A DNA stretch of 64,000 bases from Balanoglossus misakiensis (Eukaryota > Animalia > Hemichordata), in NCBI GenBank assembly GCA_040954595.2, contig CM082577.2, forward strand, positions 18,884,303 to 18,948,302. The letters are read 5' to 3'. The position numbers were made by a program, and so were the translations under genes. Below, one piece after another: positions 12,431 through 27,799 of the stretch. Each line of letters opens with the position of its first letter. The first letter of the stretch is position 1. The notes beneath the pieces are model-generated. The model worked only from the letters and a program-made list of their open reading frames with translations, was not told the origin of the DNA and ran no database searches.

Positions 12431-13483
12431 CCCCGGTGGATCATCAGTTGTTACATCCAGGGTTTCTCCGCCTACTGTTTTATCTGCATCAGTGTCAAAG
12501 TAGTGTTCTTGGGTTTCCGGTGGGGAATCCTCTTGACCGCTGGCATACGTCTTTCCATCAGCTGGCAATTTGTCAATAGGTTCTTCTGATTTTGGTCCAC
12601 TTGGGGTCCTGGTGTCTGCTTTCTGGGTCTCTTCAAAGGGATCTTCAGGTCTGTTTTCTTGCACCCTCTCATCTAAGGGGGCGAGCTTCACTTTGTCTAG
12701 CCAGCCAGGAAGGCCAGGACCTGTGTATCCCTTCAGCTTCTCAAAGTGAACCACTTTAAACTTTGTCCGGGGCCCACGCTGGATCCGGTATACAACGTCA
12801 GTCAGTCTGTTCACCACCATATACGGTCCCTCATACGCCATCTGTAGTTTCGGGCTTTGACCCTTCTTCCTCCTTTCGTCTCTTAGCCAAACAAATTCAC
12901 CAGGCTGGAAAGACTTATGAAGGGCATTACGATCGTAATATCTCTTATAGGTCCTAGTACTTGCTTTCAACTGCTCTCTTGCCCGGTAATGGGCATTTCG
13001 CAACTTATCGCGCAGTTTAGCCACATAGTCACCCCCAGATTCCTCCTCAAATTCAATCTCAAATATCAGATCGATGGGCAGTGTCACCTAACTACCCAGC
13101 ATCATCATATTCGGAGTTTCACCTGTGGCTGGGTGTACCGAAGAGCTGTCGCCATCGTAGCGCAAGACAGATGTTGGTCCCAGTCTTTTTGGTATTTCAG
13201 GGGGTCCATATAAGACTTTATCGTAGACACAAGACAATGGTTGAATTTATCAACCATCCCGTCTCCCTGTGGGTGTCAAGGCGTGGTGTATGTTTTGTCC
13301 ACCCCTAGCAATTTGCAGACCTCCACGAATACTGACGAGATGAAATTTCGGCCTCTATCTGAATGTACCTCGTGAGGCATATCAAACCTACTGAAAAAAT
13401 CGTCGACCAGTACCTTTGCCACTGTGGTTGCCTCCTCATTTGGAATAGGGAATGCCTCCATCCATTTGCTAAAATAGTCTCCG
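12431..13483 (-). pseudogene. Gypsy A integrase core and C-terminal part, frameshifted
   Basis: GDYFSKWMEAFPIPNEEATTVA, HSDRGRNFIS, KLQMAYEGPYMVV, VVHFEKLK. Confidence 0.88.
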
Positions 13484-14120
13484 ATTCCGATTCTGAGGAT
13501 GGGGATCTTTTGGGAAGTTCACGTATAGGAAATATACCAACCCAGGGGAGTGTGTTACCAACCCAGGGGAGTGTGTTACCCACCCAGGGGAGTGTGGTAC
13601 CAGACCGTCAGACGGAAATGGAGCCGACTGGAAATGAAGGGATGGATGCTGCAGGGTCAGGGAGCCAGCAGACTGATGGTAACCATGGTGCAGAATCTAA
13701 TTTGCGTCGTTCTACCAGAGTGCGCCGTATTCCATGTCGGTTGCAGGATTATGTACTCACGGAACAGTTATCGGACTAAAACTGTCTTTGTTGACTGTCG
13801 ACTACTGTGTATGAAAAAATGCATTGATTGTTAAACATTATTTATTTATTTATTTATTTTATTTAATTATTTGCAACAGGCATGGAACACTTGGACTCTT
13901 GAATTTATTCTTGTCACATGTGGACATGTGCAGGGAAGGGGGGAAGTTATGAGACATTTGATTACTTTGTGAATGGCGCCCTCTGTGTCAAGAGGTGGGA
14001 GGTGGGTAGCCTCGTTTTGGAAAAATACGCCATCTTGTCTTGGTGTGTTATTGTCGATGTCGAGCATGGCCTGATGTGAATAAAGAGTCCATTGAAATAC
14101 AGTTGTGTGTAGACGTTTCA
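13484..14120 (+). mobile_element. Gypsy element C 3' end (integrase tail, PPT, LTR about 13947-14120) inserted in the gag of element A
   Basis: LRRSTRVRRIPCRLQDYV tail motif, purine tract 13932-13946, AATAAA near 14079. Ends ...TTTCA exactly where the element A gag sequence resumes (compare 33763 onward). Three copies of a 21-bp repeat at 13537-13599. Confidence 0.7.
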
Positions 14121-14594
14121 ATACTTATCAGGCTTAAGTATGGACCCGTGTTGACCTGTACATGATTTGCTATAGATCCTTCACTACGCACGGCGATATA
14201 CCGCAGTGCAAAATCGGTCAGTCAATAGTTAAATCACTTCGCTGGAGAACACACAATTTCCACCCTCCTGAACCAAATACCTAGAAAACCCTAGCTAAAC
14301 CTTGGAATCTTATTTCCTAACAGACTATCGTTGTTTCCCGTTCCGGCAGATAATTGTTTTGCTACCGTGTAGAGCGGGTAGATGAATCCACCCACATAAG
14401 GAGTATGCCCCCGGCCCTACGCGGTTTGTGCAACGTGCCGGATCGAACAACAACGACGTCTACCCAGTATGCAAGATGGCTACAATATGGCGCCAAAACG
14501 CATACACTCACTACACTAACAGAGTTACTTACAGCAGATCTGGAAACCGATGCGTTCACCATGCAGTACAACTATCCCAACCGCTGCACACCAA

Positions 14595-15029
14595 TGTTGT
14601 AGTTTTCTCAGCGTAGCTAGATTTCTCGTCGTGGACCCGGTAATGGTAGCATCGCCCACGATGAAATCCTCCCGTACACTTCAACTGGACTACCAACCAC
14701 CTCGACAGGGTCGGATCGCTTGGAATAGTTGTCAGTGAACACCCTCTCACATGTACATTGACTCAGCGCAACACCAGCCGGAATGGTTAACAAGAACAAC
14801 GGATTTATGTGTATTTCGACTGTGTTACAAACTTTCACGTCTGCCCAGTTCGGAGGTGGAAACCCAAGAGAGCGAGAATGAGGTGTATCCCCAGCAAAAG
14901 TAGCCCGCCCCAACTATTACCCAATCAGCACGAATGTGAAGTTCACGTGATATAGTCCGGCCAATCACAGTTCCAGCCTACTTCCTGATAGGCTCAAGCA
15001 GCGGTAACTTTGCAAGGTTTTCCATGACA
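14595..15029 (-). repeat. Gypsy A 5' LTR (TG...CA) with adjacent tRNA-Leu-like PBS
   Basis: Starts TGTCATGG and ends CTACAACA. Followed by TGGTGTGCAGCGGTTGGGAT, resembling the tRNA-Leu PBS TGGTGGCAGCGGTGGGAT with two extra bases. Confidence 0.8.
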
Positions 15030-16442
15030 TTATTGTGATATATAGGTGAGAAATATATTGGAAAATGTCTTCATTACAAAAATATGTCATGAAATTATTG
15101 ACTAGCAAGAACCATGTGTATATGTATGGCCAAGGGGAAATTTTTAACTTCTAGTTCTGAACATTAACGTTATTGCGCAGGCTACTGTAACCACATTCAA
15201 ATAATACATACAATTTTCTGTTGCACCAGTGCTTTGACCTTACAGTAATTAATTACTACTACACAGGTCAGGAACACTGAGAAGGCGGCCTTAAATTATG
15301 CATTTACATTTGAGGATTTTTTGCCCATTTGTTATGATGTAACTTTCAATATTTCTTGTTGTAGTATGAAATTTTCAATGTCAAAATGTGATCAGACAAC
15401 ACCTGTAGCTAAAAATCTATTTAGTATTGGTACATTTCAGATATATCTAAATTGTACCAATTTTAGTCTAGAAATATGTATACCTTAGGTAGCTTTTGTT
15501 TTCAAAGAAATGGTTCATTAGGTATACCTAAATTATGGTTCATTTGGTATACCTATTTATGGCAAAACGACCAAATCCAAGATTTTTTTTCCAACCGAAT
15601 GATGCATTTCAGGAAAACCTAAATAGTACCTTTTCAATCGAAAAAGTATACTTTTGGTATACCAATTAGTAAATTTAAAGACCAAATCTGGACTACCTAA
15701 GGTAGCCCTTTTGTAAAGCAATAGGTACATTTTAAGTATACCTAAATAGCACCTATTTAGTCCGAGAAAGTATACCTTAGGTATATTTCTCGTGTACCAG
15801 AATTTCGTAAGGGTGTTCCTGCAAACCACCCTATTGCTGCACAATTCCTTCACAGGCCACCCTATTGCTGCACAGTTCCTGCACACAGGCCATCTTACTA
15901 CTGCACAGTTCTTGCAGACTGTCCTATTCCTGCACAGTTACCGCTTGCCTTGTTCCTGCACTAGTGCAGCAACACCTCATTTGCATGCAAAAAAGTCGCC
16001 TTGCAGCAGAGCTGCAGCAACTTTCTATTGCACTGGTGCTGCAACCTTGTGGTATTGCTACTGCACCAGTGCAGCAACACTGTGCAGGAGGCCTTAAATT
16101 TTCATTAGGGCTATAGGTATGCACATAATTAATGATGTTTGAATATGATACTAGAAATGTACAGTACACTGATACACTGATCAGCTGACCTTTTGTTTAC
16201 GCATACGCCATTGCTCCGTTCTCGATCTGTCTCCGAGTCTGAACTTTTCGCACCTATAGATTTTAAAGATTTTTGAAGTCTGCAAATTCACTGGCATTGA
16301 CAAAACTATAACATAATAAGTATAATGTACGCCCCATAATGTACTCGGCATTCGCCTCGCACATTATGTTGCACAATGTGTGCTTTCGTCCATTATGGGT
16401 CTTCGGGGCGTACATTATTCTCTAACCAATGATCATTGCTCA

Positions 16443-16921
<479 letters not shown>

Positions 16922-17100
16922 CTGTTGAGGGTAAAGTAGAGAACACAAGTGATTTGGCTTACAGACTGACCAACAAAGACGTGGACAAGGGTGTTATGTC
17001 CATGAAAATCTACCTAAATATGTACATTCGCAATGGCAGAATTCATGAATGTTCCTGCAAACATCTTCAAAGAACTACCCTGACTACCCAGTGACATTAA

Positions 17101-17736
17101 CCCTTTGAACCTCGCTCGGAGGTTTACTGCCGCAGGATGACCTTTTGACCCCTAATTTTTCAATATGCTGACGTCAAGGCATTTTCCCGCCGACATTGTA
17201 AATCCAGCCATATGAAAGCAAGTTAGAAAGCTAGGGGACCCTAATGTGACCTTCCAAATGACTTGAAATCGATTCCTATGCGAGCGACTACATATTAAAA
17301 AATAGTGATATCCAAGCAGCGATTTTTAGCGAAAGTTGACAGAGATTTAAAAATGGCGACCCGACGACAGTTACGCATTGATCCATTGCAAGACGAGGAT
17401 GCTTTCTGGGCTCATTTTGACCGAGTACTAGTAGATAGTAGCTCAGAAAGTGAAGATGCAGAACAAGACCAGCCTGACATCGTTATGGACCAAGATGGTG
17501 ACCCCAACCGCGCGAACGATGAAGAAGAATTTGAGCCAGAGCCCGCGATCCAGCTACCCCCACCAGTTCGGCAACGAGTGAGAAGACTGCCCCGTGCCCG
17601 CGAAGTAAACCCACCACCTATGATATGGCAGGGCAACATAATAAACGGTAGGCAGGCTCCTATTTATAATCAACGACGTGGACCGACGAGACAAATGCCA
17701 GCTGACAGTACACCATTAGATTATTTTCGGACATAA
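17101..17736 (+). mobile_element. piggyBac-like left end plus truncated 127-aa transposase N-terminus (ATG 17353)
   Basis: TTAA|CCCTTT terminus. Acidic N-terminus ends GPTRQMPADSTPLDYF, like the start of the PGBD4-type core. No right end found. Confidence 0.72.
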
Positions 17737-18695
17737 AGTCATCGTCATCGTCATGTCGTGTCACAATCATTATATGGACATATGCTTACTGTGTGATGAA
17801 AGGTGAGAGCGCAGTCAAAAGGTCGGGCTGAATAATACAGAGACTCTGAAAATATTGTACCTTATTCTTATCAAACACGTTGATGGATATTTTGACAATT
17901 GTGACATGTGAACATTTACAAAAAAATGAAATAAATTTGCTTCAAACTCATTGGCAAAACAAGGACATGGAGTTGCTGTATATTTGTTATTATTGTGATA
18001 TATAGGTGAGAAATATATTGGAAAATGTCTTCATTACAAAAATATGTCGTGAAATTATTGACTAGCAAGAACCATGTGTATATGTATGGCCAAGGGGAAA
18101 TTTTTAACTTCTAGTTCTGAACATTAACGTTATTGCGCAGGCTACTGTAACCACATTCAAATAATACATACAATTTTCTGTTGCACCAGTGCTTTGACCT
18201 TACAGTAATTAATTACTACTACACAGGTCAGGAACACTGAGAAGGCGGCCTTAAATTATGCATTTACATTTGAGGATTTTTTGCCCAATTGTTATGATGT
18301 AACTTTCAATATTTCTTGTTGTAGTATGAAATTTTCAATGTCAAAAAGTGATCAGACAACACCTGTAGCTAAAAATCTATTTGGTATTGGTACATTTCGG
18401 ATATATCTAAATTGTACCAATTTTAGTCTAGAAATATGTATACCTTAGGTAGCTTTTGTTTTCAAACAAATGGTTCATTAGGTATACCTCAATTATGGTT
18501 CATTTGGTATACCTATTTATGGCAAAACGACCAAATCCAAGATTTTTTTTCCAACTGAAGGAGGCATTTCAGGAATACCTAAATAGTACCTTTTCAATCG
18601 AAAAAGTATACTTTTGGTATACCAATTAGTAAATTTAAAGACCAAATCTGGACTACCTAAGGTAGCCCTTTTTTAAAGCAATAGGTACATTTTAA

Positions 18696-19490
18696 GATGG
18701 GTCCCTAGGATCTTTTTGCCCGTTGCTATGGGCCTTTATAGGACATTACACCCCGATTTGGACTAAGCCGTTTTCAGAGTCTAATAAGGGGCTGGTAACT
18801 AGTTAAAAATATGCACGATTGTGAGCGCGCGCCACCTGACGCCATTGATATGCAAATTAGTTAGGTCAAATTTCAAAAGCCTAAGGCTTTTTATTCCGTG
18901 ACCTCAAAAACGAACTTGATACGTATTCATTAGTTGCTTGAACCAGGGAAGATCGTGACGGATTTTGTTTTCGAATATTATCGTTGTATCCTACGATTTC
19001 AGCATACCTGTACCACACCTGAAAAAGTCATCGATTTTGGGTGTTTTTGGACGCACTCTTCCACTGGTATCGCTTCTTAGCACGACGAAAACCGAAAAAA
19101 CGATCCGTCACACTATGCGGAAGTGCGTTCTCAACAAGCAGGTCAAATTTGGCTGGCCTACGTCGCCTGTGAAAAAAGCCTTAGGGATTTTCGTGAACGG
19201 TACAAAATCTCTGTGTACAAAACATTGGATTTTTAGCGTTCGATCCAGTTACTGTGGTTACAGGACGCGCACGCTATCGCTGACCGCTGCTTTGCCGTAT
19301 TAGCGTGGCGGCCTATGGCCAGGCGGTAGCTGCCGTAAACATACTCAGACAGGGGGTGTGCACACAATCGTGTGTATTTTTAACTAGTTACAAGCCCCTT
19401 GTCGGACGTTCATAACGGTTTCGATCAAAATTGAGTGTAGTGTCCTATAAAGGCCCATAGCAACGAGCAAAAAGATCCTAGGGACCCATC
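18696..19490. mobile_element. 795-bp non-autonomous TIR element with TTAA TSD (Kolobok-like), insertion 1
   Basis: TTAA on both sides. TIR begins GATGGGTCCCTAGGATCTTTTTGC and extends over 50 bp. Empty site visible in other monomers. Confidence 0.9.
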
Positions 19491-19541
19491 TTAAGTATAC
19501 CTAAATAGTACCTATTTAGTCCGGGAAAGTATACCTTAGGT

Positions 19542-19690
19542 AAATGTAAATGCATAATTTAAGGCCGCCTTCTCAGTGTTCCTGACCTGTGTAGTAGTAA
19601 TTAATTACTGTAAGATCAAAGCACTGGTGCAACAGAAAATTGTATGTATTATTTGAATGTGGTTACAGTAACCTTCGCAATAACGTTAAT
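19542..19690 (-). repeat. 149-bp inverted duplication of 18123-18271
   Basis: Direct reverse-complement match. Confidence 0.92.
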
Positions 19691-20363
19691 ATATACCTAG
19701 TGTACCAGAATTTCGTAAGGGTGTTCCTACACACCACCCTATTGCTGCACAGTTCCTGCACAGGCCACCCTATTGCTGCACAGTTCCTGCACAGGCCACC
19801 CTATTGCTGCACAGTTCCTGCACACAGGCCATCTTACTACTGCACAGTTCTTGCAGACTGTCCTATTCCTGCACAGTTACCGCTTGCCTTGTTCCTTCAC
19901 TAGTGCAGCAACACCTCATTTGCATGCAAAAAAGTCGCCTTGCAGCAGAGCTGCAGCAACTTTCTATTGCACTGGTGCTGCAACCTTGTGGTATTGCTAC
20001 TGCACCAGTGCAGCAACACTGTGCAGGAGGCCTTAAATTTTCATAAGGGCTATAGGTATGCACATAATTAATGATGTTTGAATATGATACTAGAAATGTA
20101 CAGTACACTGATACACTGATCAGCTGACCTTTTGTTTACGCATACGCCATTGCTCCGTTCTCGATCTGTCTCCGAGTCTGAATTTTTCGCACCTATAGAT
20201 TTTAAAGATTTTTGAAGTCTGCAAATTCACTGGCATTGACAAAACTATAACATAATAAGTATAATGTACGCCCCATAATGTACTTGGCATTCGCCTCGCA
20301 CTTTATGTTGCACAATGTGTGCTTTCGTCCATTATGGGTCTTCGGGGCGTACATTATTCTCTA

Positions 20364-21080
<717 letters not shown>

Positions 21081-21259
21081 CTGTTGAGGGTAAAGTAGAG
21101 AACACAAGTGATTTGGCTTACAGACTGACCAACAAAGACGTGGACAAGGGTGTTATGTCCATGAAAATCTACCTAAATATGTACATTCGCAATGGCAGAA
21201 TTCATAAATGTTCCTGCAAACATCTTCAAAGAACTACCCTGACTACCCAGTGACATTAA

Positions 21260-21895
21260 CCCTTTGAACCTCGCTCGGAGGTTTACCGCCGCAGGATGAC
21301 CTTTTGACCCCTAATTTTTCAATATGCTGACGTCAAGGCATTTTCCCGCCGACATTGTAAATCCAGCCATATGAAAGCAAGTTAGAAAGCTAGGGGACCC
21401 TAATGTGACCTTCCAAATGACTTGAAATCGATTCCTATGCGAGCGACTACATATTAAAAAATAGTGATATCCAAGCAGTGATTTTTGGCGAAAGTTGACA
21501 GAGATTTAAAAATGGCGACCCGACGACAGTTACGCATTGATCCATTGCAAGACGAGGATGCTTTCTGGGCTCATTTTGCCCGAGTACTAGTAGATAGTAG
21601 CTCAGAAAGTGAAGATGAAGAACAAGACCAGCCTGACATCGTTATGGACCAAGATGGTGACCCCAACCGCGCGAACGATGAAGAAGAATTTGAGCCAGAG
21701 CCCGCGATCCAGCTACCCCCACCAGTTCGGCAACGAGTGAGAAGACTGCCCCGTGCCCGCGAAGTAAACCCACCACCTATGATATGGCAGGGCAACATAA
21801 TAAACGGTAGGCAGGCTCCTATATATAATCAACGACGTGGACCGACGAGACAAATGCCAGCTGACAGTACACCATTAGATTATTTTCGGACATAA
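21260..21895 (+). mobile_element. piggyBac-like left end plus truncated ORF (ATG 21512)
   Basis: Copy of 17101-17736. Confidence 0.72.
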
Positions 21896-22902
21896 AGTCA
21901 TCGTCATCGTCGTGTCGTGTCACAATCATTATTTTGGACATATGCTTACTGTGTGATGAAAGGTGAGAGCGCAGTCAAAAGGTCGAGCTGAATAATACAG
22001 AGACTCTGAAAATATTGTACCTTATTCTTATCAAACACGTTGATGGATATTTTGACAATTGTGACATGTGAACATTTACAAAAAAATGAAATAAATTTGC
22101 TTCAAACTCATTGGCAAAACAAGGACATGGAATTGCTGTATATTTGTTATTATTGTGATATATAGGTGAGAAATATATTGGAAAATGTCTTCATTACAAA
22201 AATATGTCGTGAAATTATTGACTAGCAAGAACCATGTGTATATGTATGGCCAAGGGGAAATTTTTAACTTCTAGTTCTGAACATTAACGTTATTGTGCAG
22301 GCTACTGTAACCACATTCAAATAATACATACAATTTTCTGTTGCACCAGTGCTTTGACCTTACAGTAATTAATTACTACTACACAGGTCAGGAACACTGA
22401 GAAGGCGGCCTTAAATTATGCATTTACATTTGAGGATTTTTTGCCCATTTGTTATGATGTAACTTTCAATATTTCTTGTTGTAGTATGAAATTTTCAATG
22501 TCAAAAAGTGATCGGACAACACCTGTAGCTAAAAATCTATTTGGTATTGGTACATTTCGGATATATCTAAATTGTACCAATTTTAGTCTAGAAATATGTA
22601 TACCTTAGGTAGCTTTTGTTTTCAAACAAATGGTTCATTAGGTATACCTAAATTATGGTTCATTTGGTATACCTATTTATGGCAAAACGACCAAATCCAA
22701 GATTTTTTTTCCAACCGAATGAGGCATTTCAGGAATACCTAAATAGTACCTTTTCAATCGAAAAAGTATACTTTTGGTATACCGATTAGTAAATTTAAAG
22801 ACCAAATCTGGACTACCTAAGGTAGCCCTTTTTTAAAGCAATAGGTACATTTTAAGTATACCTAAATAGTACCTATTTAGTCCGGGAAAGTATACCTTAG
22901 GT

Positions 22903-23051
22903 AAATGTAAATGCATAATTAAAGGCCGCCTTCTCAGTGTTCCTGACCTGTGTAGTAGTAATTAATTACTGTAAGGTCAAAGCACTGGTGCAACAGAAAA
23001 TTGTATGTATTATTTGAATGTGGTTACAGTAGCCTGCGCAATAACGTTAAT
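22903..23051 (-). repeat. 149-bp inverted duplication of 22283-22431
   Basis: Direct reverse-complement match, 471-bp spacer. Confidence 0.92.
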
Positions 23052-23710
23052 ATATACCTAGTGTACCAGAATTTCGTAAGGGTGTTCCTACACACCACCC
23101 TATTGCTGCACACTTCCTGCACAGGCCACCCTATTGCTGCACAGTTCCTGCACACAGGCCATCTTACTACTGCACAGTTCTTGCAGACTGTCCTATTCCT
23201 GCACAGTTACCGCTTGCCTTGTTCCTGCACTAGTGCAGCAACACCTCATTTGCATGCGAAAAAGTCGCCTTGCAGCAGAGCTGCAGCAACTTTCTATTGC
23301 ACCGGTGCTGCAACCTTGTGGTATTCTACTGCACCAGTGCAGCAACACTGTGCAGGAGGCCTTAAATTTTCATAAGGGCTATAGGTATGCACATAATTAA
23401 TGATGTTTGAATATGATACTAGAAATGTACAGTACACTGATACACTGATCAGCTGACCTTTTGTTTACGCATACGCCATTGCTCCGTTCTCGATCTGTCT
23501 CCGAGTCTGAATTTTTCGCACCTATAGATTTTAAAGATTTTTGAAGTCTGCAAATTCACTGGCATTGACAAAACTATAACATAATAAGTATAATGTACGC
23601 CCCATAATGTACTCGGCATTCGCCTCGCACATTAGGTTGCACAATGTGTGCTTTCGTCCATTATGGGTCTTCGGGGCGTACATTATTCTCTAACCAATGA
23701 TCATTGCTCA

Positions 23711-24189
<479 letters not shown>

Positions 24190-24368
24190 CTGTTGAGGGT
24201 AAAGTAGAGAACACAAGTGATTTGGCTTACAGACTGACCAACAAAGACGTGGACAAGGGTGTTATGTCCATGAAAATCTACCTAAATATGTACATTCGCA
24301 ATGGCAGAATTCATGAATGTTCCTGCAAACATCTTCAAAGAACTACCCTGACTACCCAGTGGCTTTAA

Positions 24369-25004
24369 CCCTTTGAACCTCGCTCGGAGGTTTACCGCCG
24401 CAGGATGACCTTTTGACCCCTAATTTTTCAATATGCTGACGTTAAGGCATTTTCCTGCCGACATTGTAAATCCAGCCATATGAAAGCAAGTTAGAAAGCT
24501 AGGGGACCCTAATGTGACCTTCCAAATGACTTGAAATCAATTCCTATGCGAGCGACTACATATTAAATAATAGTGATATCCAAGCAGCGATTTTTAGCGA
24601 AAGTTGACAGAGATTTAAAAATGGCGACCCGACGACAGTTACGCATTGATCCATTGCAAGACGAGGATGCTTTCTGGGCTCATTTTGACCGAGTACTAGT
24701 AGATAGTAGCTCAGAAAGTGAAGATGAAGAACAAGACCAGCCTGACATCGTTATGGACCAAGATGGTGACCCCAACCGCGCGAACGATGAAGAAGAATTT
24801 GAGCCAGAGCCCGCGATCCAGCCACCCCCACCAGTTCGGCAACGAGTGAGAAGACTGCCCCGTGCCCGCGAAGTAAACCCACCACCTATGATATGGCAGG
24901 GCAACATAATAAACGGTAGGCAGGCTCCTATTTATAATCAACGACGTGGACCGACGAGACAAATGCCAGCTGACAGTACACCATTAGATTATTTTCGGAC
25001 ATAA
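24369..25004 (+). mobile_element. piggyBac-like left end plus truncated ORF (ATG 24621)
   Basis: Copy of 17101-17736. Confidence 0.72.
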
Positions 25005-25828
25005 AGTCATCGTCATCGTCGTGTCGTGTCACAATCATTATTTTGGACATATGCTTACTGTGTGATGAAAGGTGAGAACGCAGTCAAAAGGTCGGGCTGA
25101 ATAATACAGAGACTCTGAAAATATTGTACCTTATTCTTATCAAACACGTTGATGGATATTTTTACAATTGTGACATGCGAACATTTACAAAAAAATGAAA
25201 TAAATTTGCTTCAAACTCATTGGCAAAACAAGGACATGGAGTTGTTGTATATTTGTTATTATTGTGATATATAGGTGAGAAATATATTGGAAAATGTCTT
25301 CATTACAAAAATATGTCGTGAAATTATTGACTAGCAAGAACCATGTGTATATGTATGGCCAAGGGGAAATTTTTAACTTCTAGTTCTGAACATTAACGTT
25401 ATTGCGCAGGCTACTGTAACCACAGTCAAATAATACATACAATTTTCTGTTGCACCAGTGCTTTGACCTTACAGTAATTAATTACTACTACACAGGTCAG
25501 GAACACTGAGAAGGCGGCCTTAAATTATGCATTTGGTATTGGTACATTTCGGATATATCTAAATTGTACCAATTTTAGTCTAGAAATATGTATACCTTAG
25601 GTAGCTTTTGTTTTCAAACAAATGGTTCATTAGGTATACCTAAATTATGGTTCATTGGGTATACCTATTTATGGCAAAACGACCAAATCCAAGATTTTTT
25701 TTCCAACCGAATGAGGCATTTCAGGAATACCTAAATAGTACCTTTTCAATCGAAAAAGTATACTTTTGCTATACCAATTAGTAAATTTAAAGACCAAATC
25801 TGGACTACCTAAGGTAGCCCTTTTTTAA

Positions 25829-26623
25829 GATGGGTCCCCGGGATCTTTTTGCCCGTTGCTATGGGCCTTTATAGGACACTACACTCAATTTTGATCGAAA
25901 CCGTTATGAACGTCCGACAAGGGGCTTGTAACTAGTTAAAAATACACACGATTGTGTGCACACCCCCTGTCCGAGTATGTTTACGGCAGCTACCGCCCGG
26001 CCATAGGCCGCCATGCTAATACGGCAAAGCAGCGGTCAGCGATAGCGTGCGCGTCCTGTAACCACAGTAACTGGATCGAACGCTAAAAATCCAATGTTTT
26101 GTACACAGAGATTTTGTACCGTTCACGAAAATCCCTAAGGCTTTTTTCATAGGCCACGTACGCCAGTCAAATTTGACCTGCTTCTTGAGAACACACTTCC
26201 GCACAGTGTGACAGATCGTTTTTTAGGTTTTCGTCGTGCTGAGAAGCGATACCGGTGGAAGAGTGCGTTCAAAAACACCCAAAATCGATGACTTTTTCTG
26301 GTGTGGTACGGGTATGCTGAAATCGTAGGATACAACGATAATATTCGAAAACAAAATCCGTCACGATCTTCCCTGGTTCAAGCAACTAATGAATACGTAT
26401 CAAGTTCGTTTTTGAGGTCACGGAATAAAAAGCCTTAGGCTTTTGAAATTTGACCTAGCTAATTTGCATATCAATGGCGTCAGGGGGCGCGCGCTCACAA
26501 TCGTGCAGATTTTCAACTAGTTACCAGCCCCTTGTTAGACTCTGAAAACGGCTTAGTCCAAATCGGGGTGTAATGTCCTGCAAAGGCCCATAGCAACGGG
26601 CAAAAAGATCCCGGGGACCCATC
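25829..26623. mobile_element. 795-bp TTAA TIR element, insertion 2 (opposite orientation, different TTAA)
   Basis: TTAA flanks, TIR GATGGGTCCCCGGGATC. Internal sequence is the reverse complement of 18696-19490 with diagnostic differences. Confidence 0.9.
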
Positions 26624-27353
26624 TTAAAGCAATAGGTACATTTTAAGTATACCTAAATAGTACCTATTTAGTCCGGGAAAGTATACCTTAGGTATATTTC
26701 TAGTGTACTAGAATTTCGTAAGGGTGTTCCTGCACACCACCCTATTGCTGCACAATTCCTGCACAGGCCACCCTATTGCTGCACAGTTCCTGCACACAGG
26801 CCATCTTACTACTGCACAGTTCTTGCAGACTGTCCTATTCCTGCACAGTTACCGCTTGCCTTGTTCCTGCACTAGTGCAGCAACACCTCATTTGCATGCG
26901 AAAAAGTCGCCTTGCAGCAGAGCTGCAGCAACTTTCTATTGCACCGGTGCTGCAACCTTGTGGTATTGCTACTGCACCAGTGCAGCAACACTGTGCAGGA
27001 GGCCTTAAATTTTCATAAGGGCTATAGGTATGCACATAATTAATGATGTTTGAATATGATACTAGAAATGTACAGTACACTGATACACTGATCAGCTGAC
27101 CTTTTGTTTACGCATACGCCATTGCTCCGTTCTCGATCTGTCTCCGAGTCTGAATTTTTCGCACCTATAGATTTTAAAGATTTTTGAAGTCTGCAAATTC
27201 ACTGGCATTGACAAAACTATAACATAATAAGTATAATGTACGCCCCATAATGTACTCGGCATTCGCCTCACACATTATGTTGCACAATGTGTGCTTTCGT
27301 CCATTATGGGTCTTCAGGGCGTACATTATTCTCTAACCAATGATCATTGCTCA

Positions 27354-27512
<159 letters not shown>

Positions 27513-27668
27513 TTAAAATACCATGGAATCATAGAACAATGAACTCACTGTGTTGTAATGTCCATTTTCTCTTTTGGTGATTTTTTTATCAAAGTGTCAC
27601 ACACCCCAGCATGCAAGAAATTTCTCAATATATATACTGCTATCGCAGCAAAACATACCACTACTTTT

Positions 27669-27799
27669 AATATCCACCACCTGAGACACCTCTCTCTGTG
27701 CATTTTTGGCTTCGGAAACGAAGCAAAAAATATACTCGATGTTGGGTCAAGGTACCTTTCATCCGATTTACACGTCCCCCAGGCGCATCTCTTCACTAT
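27669..27799 (-). pseudogene. N-terminal half of a THAP zinc finger (transposon-derived)
   Basis: VKRCAWGTC...FFASFPKP...ERCLRW shows the first Cys pair, FP and W of THAP. The expected ATG reads ATA. Truncated against the SMG1 intron. Confidence 0.72.

Larger units (their letters stand above)
7309..15029 (-). mobile_element. Gypsy element A, copy 1: 5' LTR, integrase C-terminal half, PPT and 3' LTR remnant, with two nested elements
   Basis: LTR start TGTCATGG at 15029 and again at 7422, the latter preceded by a purine tract (7423-7435). Integrase core at about 12431-13483. Confidence 0.85.

Noticed and set aside
18965-19303. 112-aa ORF inside the TTAA element
   Set aside because: TTG start, broken in other copies, no transposase motifs.
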